Source: a virus
IMG/VR virus record: IMGVR_UViG_3300043395_003072
Coordinates: 64,001-128,000 of that record
DNA: 64,000 nt
Direction: 5' to 3' (one strand)
In this document: one piece after another, positions 31,501-41,400 of the stretch
How the letters are laid out: each line of letters starts with the position of its first letter
Position numbering within the stretch: the first letter of the stretch is position 1
The notes under the pieces: model-generated
Databases searched by the model: none
What the model saw: only the letters and a program-made list of their open reading frames with translations
What the model was told of the DNA's origin: nothing
Program-made: the position numbers and the translations under genes

Positions 31501-32459
31501 ATATCTTCTGGGCTCACTCCTTCATCGATAATACTTCTTAGGTATTTATAAAATTCTGGAGTGTATTTTAACAACGCAAAACTTCTAAAATAAAAAACAG
31601 TAGTAGAAGATTTAAATAACATCTTCTCAATCAATTCATTCCTGAACTTTAATAAAGCATTATCTCTTACTGAATGGAAACCTTCAGTGCCTTGCTCGAA
31701 TTTACTCTTTACTAAAGAGTATTCATTTAAATTTTTAATTACAATCCCAAAATTTTCTTCTAAAGAAACTGATTGCAAATAATTAGAATATCTTACGTAG
31801 GCTTTAGAATCTTTGGGTTCTGTTACTGCAAACGAAACTATCGGATTTAAAGCACCAGCCTCTGATTTTAGAGAATTCTCTATTTCTCTAATAGACAAGT
31901 TCCCTGACTCTTCTTGTTTTGTGATAGAAATTATATTTTCTTCACCTTCGATACAGCTAAAGCTAACTCTTTGCTTTTGATCATTTTTTACTAAATCGTA
32001 CCCCCAATCTTCTACATATCTTAAATTTGCATCATATACTTTTTCATTAAAATATCTAAGATCTAACTCAACATTATAACTTCCAATTGAGCTTGGATGA
32101 TTTATAATGTTGAGTCCCATTACTGTAAAATAAAAAACATCACCATTTGATTTTGTATTATCTATTGTTTTTTGTATCCATGAATTTTTAATAAAAACAA
32201 ATGGATTATTTTTAATTTGACAAATAAGTCTATGTAATTGAACTAAACCATCTGGTGGAAAGGTTAAGTTTATTTGCGCATGATATATGCCATTACCCGA
32301 TAAAACTTTTGTAGACACTCTAGTCCTTAATGACTTGATTGAATAATTTAAACCTTCTTTATGCATAGATATACTTGTTGGAGGAACAAATAAACCTATA
32401 TCGTTTATCCAAAAGTTTGGGTCAATATTCAAATTAATAATATTATCAAGTCCACGCAT
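28593..32459 (-). CDS. baseplate hub-associated tail lysin with two peptidase M15 domains
   Basis: Distal-tail/tube-like N-terminus, then Zn-ligand sets SNHYHGSAAD...FVHID (about 29578-29807) and MHNIGRAID...EWWHYE (about 28746-29138). Confidence 0.75.
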   Translation of the reverse strand: MRGLDNIINLNIDPNFWINDIGLFVPPTSISMHKEGLNYSIKSLRTRVSTKVLSGNGIYHAQINLTFPPDGLVQLHRLICQIKNNPFVFIKNSWIQKTIDNTKSNGDVFYFTVMGLNIINHPSSIGSYNVELDLRYFNEKVYDANLRYVEDWGYDLVKNDQKQRVSFSCIEGEENIISITKQEESGNLSIREIENSLKSEAGALNPIVSFAVTEPKDSKAYVRYSNYLQSVSLEENFGIVIKNLNEYSLVKSKFEQGTEGFHSVRDNALLKFRNELIEKMLFKSSTTVFYFRSFALLKYTPEFYKYLRSIIDEGVSPEDILEKKQAKRKENFEILLKGISGEIKPEMFSSKEVVFESLKPNERNFEIPIIPETEANKYTYYPITDTPYYKRASDTNLIVGNKRKLGSDRYAIFPLFCPEDGKILVWDENLFVAKFKNDVEFKVEGMYCPMNILDRVFNLRAFERVKNGWARANIKKGTLIGFIDQEESSITTSKEIVDYYIRGVNTSSSRIEKTKTTYANDFKELKKYIDDNFSIYSGVEGLENVLEKVISEVNLDFSKEDLEAIIGREILNEEMLQYGIAEEDLKTTRHAITAVSGSLRNIISSIPILGQEYPTHQFLGSIEPEFQINIIAKDNIAVDLNIISFLEQGRANSQYYAKNFSAIPDAGNFMVECFITRLLGSYKESNKLLVEAEGETIGIFQPNFSISSLDTFTIEGSPNTTGLNFRFGESKSYREENLRPVASNKIGSDFQRKILSNLKSNNIIKINNPEATVKDNQGKPVAVEALNNGSKGYVFLNWKTKYYNSQLWYSKNTKIKTNLVNYINTEEESDLNQDFNAYQLCLCLDVLQDLLNNYSPYYNFINKPLKITLGSTFDSSDTGIRDTVSNHYHGSAADIRVNGLNAMELCGIIEILMEENYLKNPKMLLNSGLGLFGLGIYGENSYNENRVMDGSGSNGFVHIDLNAKLNKDHSAGTKSILGTYSFEEFKYGRRRWVGKSGDDRFIEDSVGHFWKTRIEQIKNEIRAKVLEAINNSKTNIPSTRPEKIFTWSQVPAFGIKNGGVSYNRNSISSEFEDKYMNAYNKIIALGGVLTSGGGRRDLSTIDKPRLGMHNIGRAIDLGAYSGLYGNINENEDTVYLVIRDNPNNEKSLYTVWCPIVKTRPDFDQAVYNAALNETGLITNQTFTVSLVKTLQNQSTYQWTGEAFNLTKILEDQGFVRIPPIDDYLTKGNFKGTEWWHYEIHDGLVVNETTALNEMLKMYTLKEAMEKHKYFDEVKDFVWSQQGYFKRRS

Positions 32460-32460
32460 A

Positions 32461-35400
32461 TTAATCCCTTATGGATTTTGTAATATAAGAATTAGAGATA
32501 GGCATTCTTCCATCTTGTATACCAAGAAATGCATTGCCTCCAGCGCCAACTACTTTTCTTGCAGACATCATCGCTTCTGAATAAGTTGGTGCTTCTCCAT
32601 ACATTCTGATTGAAGAGTTTCTAGTTACCATAGTCTCTCCTAAATTGATAGGTCTATCGTAAGTATTCATAGGTTCTTCAAATCTACTGGGTGCTACATT
32701 AGCATGCTCTTTATGGTTCATATTGTAAAGATGACGACCGCCTAGTGACTCTCTCGCTCTCATATCAGAAAACTTATTTTCTGCCTCAAGAACTTCAGGA
32801 GAATTTTTTACTCCAACTAAGTATCCTGCTCCCATTGCAGCCGCAGCTAAATACCCACCACCTCTCTTTGAAATAATATCCATATTCATCGCTACAGTCT
32901 CTCTAAGGTTCCTTTGAGCATTCATAATTTCTTCAATTCTATCAACATTAATATCTCCGCTGAATCCACCTTCCATTGAAGAAGCTAAGAGACTCATTAC
33001 TTGCCTCATTGAGAAAGCATCTCCAGATTCTAACACTTTATGCAGTCTTGAGTTTGATCCTAAGTTATGCAAGCCTCTTTCTTTTACAGTTCTTGCCATT
33101 ACATCAAATGTTTCTCTTAAACTATCTCTGTTTAACTGAACGTTATTTAAAGATTCTCTTAGAGACTTGCTTGCTTCTCCTTCTGGAATATTTAGAAACT
33201 CAATATTTCCTAATGTAACGTTGCCTCCTGTTTCGTAAGCAGTTCCCTTAAAAATATTCTGATCAAAGAAATTAAATATAGCTTCTCCACTACCAGAACT
33301 ATAAGAGGTTTTTAGGGCTGATAAGAATTCCACACCAACGTCTGCTGCTACCTGTAAGTGCTTAGCTTTAATGATCAAAGATTCCTGAGCAACCGCAACT
33401 AAAGATGCGCCAGCTCTTAATCTATTGAAATAGGTTCTCATAGCGTCTTCTCCCCCTGCTCCACCTTCATCTACTGCTGCTTGAGCTAAGCCCAACATAC
33501 CTACTTTTATTTGTACGTCTAAGCCACCTACTGACTTAAGAATTCTTTCTTTTTCATATTGATCTAATCTGAAATCCATTATGTTTAATGAGCTAGCCCC
33601 CATTCTTTCTCCGTAAACATCCATACCTCGACCTAGCTCTTTCATATTGATCAAGAATTCAGCACCAGTTCTATATAATCCGTGGAAAGACTCAGCGTTG
33701 TTTTTGAAACGCTCTCTCATGACATTAGTGGTGTCATGATAGACTTGATATATATCTGCATCGAAGTCACCAATTGAAAATCTGCTAAAGTCCATACGTG
33801 ATTCATATTGTAAAAGTTTACCTTTAGCATCATACATTTGTTTGCCTTCTTTAAGTAGATCAGCTTTCACATCTATCTGAGGAAAATAAATTATACCTCC
33901 ACCAACGTCTCCATATGTTTGATGGTAACTAAGTCCTCGCATTAACAGCTTATTTATTCCCTCCCTTACAGTCGTAGTTTGCTCTCCTTCAGCTGTAGTA
34001 TATTTTATCTGCTTATCACCAAAAGTTTCGTCTAATTTTTTTAAATCTTCAAGTCGTGCAATCCTCTTACTCTCTGTTGCTTCTTGTAAAGCCAAAAACA
34101 ACGAGTTAACTCCACCAACTTTATTCCCAGTAGTTTCTATAAATTTCCTGCCTTCTTGACCTACAGCAGCTCTTACAGCTGCATCTTCTTCTGGAGATAT
34201 CTCGTATTGCCTATTTTTAAAGATTTGCCTTCCATCTATTACTACGGGTTTTCCAGCCTCATCTAGCACTGGTGTTTTTCCTTTATTTACATCAGCCATC
34301 AACCTACTTAAGTCAGAATCATATAGTTCTTGCAATTGTGCTTTTATACTTGCAAATTCCGCCCTACTAGCTTCGTACTCTGCTTTAGATGGGAGCGTAT
34401 CTAAGGATTCTGTAAGTTGTTGTAGTCTTGCTTCTTTCGCTTTCACAACATCATCATATTCTGTTTGTACAGCAGCTAGCTGAGCGTTTCTCCCCGCTAT
34501 TAGCTCTTCACGTTTTGCTTTGTAAGCTGCTTTTGCTTGAGCTTGTTCCTCTTTTAAGCTTTCAAAATGAGCAAAAGCATCATTAACTTGTCCTCTTGCA
34601 GCTTCTATTTCTGGACTAGTCATTACTCTTTTAACACTTCCATCTTTATCAGTAATGTCTTTAAAACTTATTCCGCCTGACATTACTGAACTTAAACTTC
34701 TCCTTAGTTCATCTGCTTGTTCTCCTTGAAGATCTCCTCTCAAGACAAAGAATTCAATTACATTATTGCTTTTTATTCCTGAGCTTTTGCTTCCTCTTTC
34801 AATACGCTTAGCCATGTTCTCTTTGAATGCATTTATTCTGTAACTTTTATTCCTAATAAAGTCTCCAACCGTAAAAATACCAGCTTCTTTTAGTCCTGCT
34901 TTATTATAAAGTCCGTAAAATGCTCCTAGTTGTTTTTCAAAACTTGTGCCTGATTTAAACCTCTGAGCAAAATCACCTATCGAAACAAGGTCGTCTGCTC
35001 TGGGCAAGTTCCTTCTTTCTAATTCAAATAAATCTTCTACTTGTTTATCTACAAAAGACAATCTTGCTCGTTCTCTTGCTCTTCTTTCTAATTTTTCTAG
35101 CGCACGTTTCTCTTTTGTAGCAACATTACCTCTTCTTTCTTCACTAGCAGCTTCTCTTTGTTGAAGGTTTTCTTCTTCAACTCCTTCTAATGAACTTAAT
35201 CTTTGCGCTGCTCTATTTTCAGCTCTAGTTAAATCTGCAACCTTAGCTGCCTTTGCTTCACTGTCTTCCTCTTTTGCTAAAGCTGCAAGTCTTGCTCTTA
35301 TATCTCCTAGGCTGCGTCGTCTTTTTTCGATTTCCGTTTTTACTTTAGGCTTTATCTCTCTTGTTACTATTCCTGCTTCTCTTTTTTCAATGATAGCTTT

Positions 35401-38400
35401 TGTTTTAGCAATAAACTCTTTTTCTTTTTTTGTATAAGGAATAACTCTATCGTCGCGAGTTCTACTTAAAATATCATTTACTTCTCGAACAATGTTTTGA
35501 TTTACTCTACCTTCTGTAAAAAAAGAAGATGCCAGTCTATATGCTTTGGCTATTTCATCTGATAGTTGATATCTTGTTTTTCCTGAAGTGCCTTGTCCAA
35601 GTAAATTTAATCTTAACTCTGAGAAAGTTTTACTTAAAGTATCGATTGTTTCGCCTGCTTGCGTTTGTGTAGTTTCGGCCACTAACTGTCTGCTTGTTTC
35701 TATTACATTCTGAAATAAAGCCCCGGAGATAATAGCATTAGTAATCCCAATCCCCTTATACTCAATGTGTCCGTAACCTTCTATTTCTTGAAAAAAACGC
35801 CTACTTGAATCTTCTGGAGATATTTTCATTTCAAGACCAAGAATGCTTCTTAATGTACTTTCTACTTGTTCAAGATGCTCTCGATTAGTGTCGTATTCTT
35901 TTAATTTATTTTGAGCTTTTCTGACAGTTTTCAAAACATCTAAATCTTGAGAATCTGGACCTCCAGATAAAGTATATCTATCATTCTCTGGTCCATATCC
36001 AAAAATGTACTCACCATCACCATGCCTGACTATTGACTTAGTAAAAAGATCAAATACATCTTCTCCTCCTTTAAAAGTACCTGGAGATTCAGGGTTGAAA
36101 ATAGGTTCTCTGGCTAAGCCCCTATGTTCCAAATACGATACTTTACCCTCTCCTTTTCCTACATAATAACCTGTAGGCTTTAAATACCCCTTATCTATTA
36201 AAAATTCTTCAAACGTATTTCTATATTTTGAATCCCCACTCAAATCTATATAATCAGTTATTGCTTGCTTGAATAAGGTTTCATTTCCCTTAAATACATC
36301 TTCAAAAACATTAAGTTTATTTTTTGTTTTTCGTAGTATAGGATCACCTTGTTGGATCTCGAACTTCTTTAAAGTTAATCTTTGTTTAGCTGATTCAAAA
36401 GCTTGATTAACTTGATCAACATAACTGCTTCTAGTACTTTCTCCAATTAGTGGTTCAGAACCTATAATTCTATTTTCACCTAATAAAATATCAGTATCAG
36501 TTTTAACAACTTTTCCTTCTGAAGTTAAAAGCTTAGCATTTGAATCTCCATCACTATCAACTCCCAAGTGCCTTGCATAAGGTTGATTACTAACGCGTTC
36601 TAGCCTTAGGTTAGGGACTTGCTTCATTAACCTCGCTAATCTTTCGCGTTGCCTTGTGATATAATCTGTTTGGGAATATTGAAGCTCAAGGATTCCACCC
36701 CTAATAAAATCTGGGATGTTTTCTCCAAAGCCACTTGAAAAAGGCATTCTAAAACGAATCGAATCTAAAATATCTAGACCTTTATTATACCCCAGAGTAG
36801 AATCAGTTGGATTTACTCTATATTTTACAGCTGCTTGTTTAACTAAATTATTCACAATATTTCTTGCATTAATGCGCTTTTCATAAGCTTCTCTTTGTAC
36901 CCTTTTAAGGTTATCTTTTGCTTGGTCTATTCTTTGTGATGCGCTAGCAAAACGACCCTGAACACTTTCTACGACAGCTTTAGCGGCTTTTAGCTCTGTT
37001 TCAAATCGCTTAGCGTAACTACCTGTAGCGATATTCCTCTCTGCTCTAGTTCTTGTAGCTACAAAGATACTTTCTCCAGCTTTAGTTTTTAAATCTGATT
37101 CTTGAATAGAATCCAAAAGTTTACTTTTCTTTTCTATTTGAAAATCTAAGTTCTTTTTTTGAGGATCTGTATCTTCTAATGCTTTAGCTTCAGTTCGCAA
37201 AGCTGCAATTTCTTCAGTCAGCTTAGTTCTTAAAGCTTCTGCATCGCTAGCAAGTCCAACTCTATAAGTCTCAGTTACAAGTTTAACCCCACCACTTCCA
37301 TCATCTACATAACCTCCCATAATATCTGCTCTTCTTGCATGAAGAGTTTCTCTTGCTAATCTTAGTTCCCCATATATTCTTGCTTTTTCTTGATACACTG
37401 CAGTTACGTCTCTTATATAACTGTTTGTACCGTCCGTTCTCGACTCTATTTTGTATTCGAAGCTATTTTCAATTAGCTCACTCCCAACTACCTCATATCT
37501 TCCTGTTATTTTATTAAACTTTCTTTTTTCTCTAGTCCTCTGTCTATCTACAATTCTATTTCCTTCACTATCAGTTTCAAAAATAGTTTTTCCAAGGATT
37601 CCATGTAGCTCTGCTTTTCTCTCTTTTAGAGCTACAATTTGTTCGAAGCGACTAAGTTTTGCTGCTTCATATTCTTCAAAAGAATTAAATTTAAACTTAT
37701 CTCCATATAAGGTTTTTAATTTTTCATACTTAAGTTGATTCTTTCTTCTCTTTATTTCTGCTTTTCCTTCATCTGTAAATTTAGTCTCATCATATTCGGG
37801 ACCGCCTGAAATTAGCTTAATGAACGGATCGTCCTCTCCTTCTAAGAAATCATAGCGCATGATCTCCATGCCAGGCATAAAGTGAGCAAAATAAATATTT
37901 GGGTTACGCTGTACTGTTGCAAAGATACCTTTCTTTTCTTTATCGTACATTCCAAAATAAAAGTTGCGCATAGCTTCTGTAGTTCTGCGTTCAATTTCTG
38001 CAGCTATTTCAACTTCGTTACCATTAGCAAACTTATCAAATCTTAGTTGACGAGCTGTAGCTTCTTTGAAAGTAGTCATACTATCTAAAAAGCCTTGGCT
38101 ATCTTGAAACAGTACATAGCCTCTTTTCTGGTTGAATGCATCAAGCAAACCCTGTCTTATAGCTGATTGCTCCCCTCCACCTAGCGTTGGAAGTAAAGAA
38201 GAACTAGCTGCATCTTTTCCAAAAACAATTCCTTGCCCCATATAAGTCCCTGATCCACTAATCCTCCCAGTCAATGCATCTCTAAGAGCATATCCAGAAA
38301 CCTTTGCAATCGAACCTCTAGCTGCTTTGAATCCGCTTAAAGCGTATCCAAATTTCACATCGTTTCCACTACTATCAAACATTCCTGAAATAGATGCATT

Positions 38401-41400
38401 TAAGTCTGTAATGTATCGTGTGAATTCATTTTCTATATTTATATTGTCTCCGCTTTTTCCTACTACGAATCCTTCCAGATTTTCTAAAGTTGAAGCTCCT
38501 GGAAGATATATTTTACTTTTTCCACCTGTAATATCTAATATTCTTTTTAGATCCGTTTGATTAGTAAAAAGCTCTTCCAAATTTAAAATAGATCCAGATG
38601 CTCCACCCCTATTTATCAGGAAGTTTTTAACACCTGCTTCATCAGCTCCAAGCCTTATTAACTCTTGAGCTTCAGCTCTACTTAGGGATTTTAAGCTTGA
38701 GATACCTTTTATTTGATTTTCAAAATCAACATTTCCCATTTGACTTAAACTAAAACTAGTTAATTTCATTCCAAGTAAAGCTTCGGGTCTTCCACCAATA
38801 TTATCTTGGCGAGCCAAAAATGATCCAAGGAACCTAGTAGCACTAGACTCATCTAGCCCAAAATTCATTCTCAATGATGAATACAAGTAATTCATAAAGC
38901 GCGGTTCTATCTTTGCAAGATTTCTTGCGTAGTCTGTATGTACGCCACCGCTAGAAACATAATGCGCAGTAAAAGTAATACCTCTTTTAATCTCTTGCAT
39001 AGTTTTATTTGAGTTAAGCCTTGCTCCGCTAGCAAGTCTTTGCTGCACGATAGTTTCAAACTCGCTAGTAGTTAAAAACTTACCAGACCTATCATAAGCC
39101 CCTCCGAGTATTCTCCCCACATCAGCCTCAGTTAAACCGTGAGTTTCTGCAAGATTTAAAACAGCTTGTACTGAAGCACCCATATATGCTTTCTTACGAC
39201 CTAAAGCTCCTGCAGAATCAAGACTGGTGTACGCTTCTCCAGTCATTGAATTGATTGCTTTTAAATAAGCATCGTCGCTTCCGATTAATTTCTTCATCTC
39301 AGCTTCATAAAGATTTCTACCGACTCCAAACAACTCAAGAGACCCAGCTATTTGCGAGCTGATAAATTGAGGTCCTTTCTTAAGTTGTTCAGTTGTAGTT
39401 AACAATGTTTGATTATGTTTCACATTCAAGTCTGTAAAGAAGCTAGATATTTCACTATCACTCAAACCAGCCTGCTTTAACTTTTGTTGCATTTGTGCTT
39501 CTGTAATACCAAAAGTAGTATCTTTTAAGATTGTAGAGAACATCTTAGTTCTATCTAACCTTTGGACCATCTCACCGCTTATATGTGATCTGGTTCGACC
39601 ACTCTCAAAAGAGCTTTCAACAATCCCTAATGTGAAATTCATAATTCCTTTTTTTCTAGAGATAGCAGCTACATCTTCATCGCTAAGCCCTAAAATAGCT
39701 CGACCTTGCCTATCTCCAAATTCTTTAAAGAATTGGTCAACGCTATAGTCCCCCCCCTCTCCAATTACCAAGAAGGGGTTCTTGGTGCCAACTCTGCTTT
39801 TCAAAGTACTAAATAATTTACTTTCAGTTAATCCATCATCATATACAGTCTGATTAATTGAAGATTTTACTTCTAGTGTCCCTCCAAAGTAAGACATACC
39901 TTCACCAAGACCTAAGCCTTGACTTACATTACTACTTAACATTATTGCTCCAAGATTTACTCCATGAACTCTCGAGGCTGTCTTATTTATACCAATCAAA
40001 TCTCCACCACTACCTACGCTTGCTATTGTTCTATTCTTACCAAACCTATAACTTTTATCTACTCCCACTACTCCTGCACCTAATTCATAACGTCCAACCA
40101 TCTGAAAGTCACGTGCAGTTTGCTCGTTGATAACTTCATCTATTCTCCCATAAGGAGCCATTACATTAAATGCAGATTCATTTGCTCTTGCCATTGTTAC
40201 ATCAGTAAAAGAAAGCGTTTTATTTCTATTAAATGGATCTTCAACTCTTGTTATTATTGGATACCCTGTTCCTCTCACATCTTCTGGGTACATTTGCATT
40301 AAGCGCTTAACTAGGTTTTGTTGCATTTCTCCAGGAAAATCTTCTAACCCTGCTATGAGAAATCTAGCACTTTGAACGCTTCTTGCAAACTGCATATTTT
40401 CTTGAAATTGCTTACTTATTAAAGATACTCCTCTTTCATTTTGTATCTCACTAAAATTTGTGAACATTCCTCTTGGAGCATCAAGTCCAGGCATTCTTAA
40501 GAATTCGTAAAAGTTTTTAATGTCTCGCCTAGACATATTATTTAAACTACCAAAATCACCAAACCCCTTAGATACTCTTTGAAAAATATACTCTTCATAA
40601 GAGTAAGAACCCTTCCCTGAGTAAAGATTCCCCCCTCTTGCGGAGGTTAAATCTATATTATTAAATATTTCAGGAGCATTTAATACTCTTTGTGGAGCAA
40701 TATATCTTGTGCTTAAATTCTCTGTAGCTCTAACAACTACCATTCCATTTCTATCTCTAGATAAATAAAGTGGAACTTTTACTGAAGAAGCTTCGTTACC
40801 TACTCTTAAATATAAATTTTTAATTCCTGTCTTGTCAGCATTATCTTCGAATCCAAGCAAACTTACATTATCTGCTCCACCTGCCATTTTTACATAATTG
40901 GCATATCTTGTACGAACTTCATTAACGTCAGCCCCCATATCCTTCAACGTTGCAGCCAACCTTGAGTCTCCTAACCCTGAAAACTCTTCCATCTTAACTT
41001 GTCTCTCTAAGTTAAGAATCGTAGAGCTATCTCTTCCAGATAGAGTGCTTTTTATTTTATCTAATTGCGCAAACTTTCTTCTAAATTTAGAAAGAAACTT
41101 ATCGTTGCTAGCAATGTAAGAATTATAAGAGCTTTCAAGTCTATCAATTTGTTCGCTTGTTAGATTTCCAGTATTATATCCTGATTTTATGATTTCTTTT
41201 AAATCACTTGATCCTAATTCTTTTAAAGAATCATAAAGGCTGCCTAGTAGCGCTCTTTTATCTTCTATTGAAGCATCTGAACTTTCCAATACAGTTCTTA
41301 TTTGAAGATCGTTTTTAAAATCAGCTAGAGCTTGTGTTTTTGCTGCGTTTTGCAATTCTTGCAAAGCCATTGAATCTCTTCTTAAAGAAGAACCTACTCT

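Noticed and set aside
36544-36558. Second DxDGD motif (GVDSDGD, residue 1682) in the giant protein as the catalytic loop
   Set aside because: It is followed by polar SNAK rather than a hydrophobic strand, lacks the preceding IxxP strand and the downstream helical motifs, and lies inside the insertion. GDFDADIYQV fits the context much better. Modelling should still check it.
33916-37850. The large insertion as an intein (it ends near GLSYHQ-T, resembling a His-Gln/Thr splice junction)
   Set aside because: No N-terminal Cys/Ser block A, no block F and no LAGLIDADG motifs are visible. The content is coiled coil rather than a HINT beta fold.
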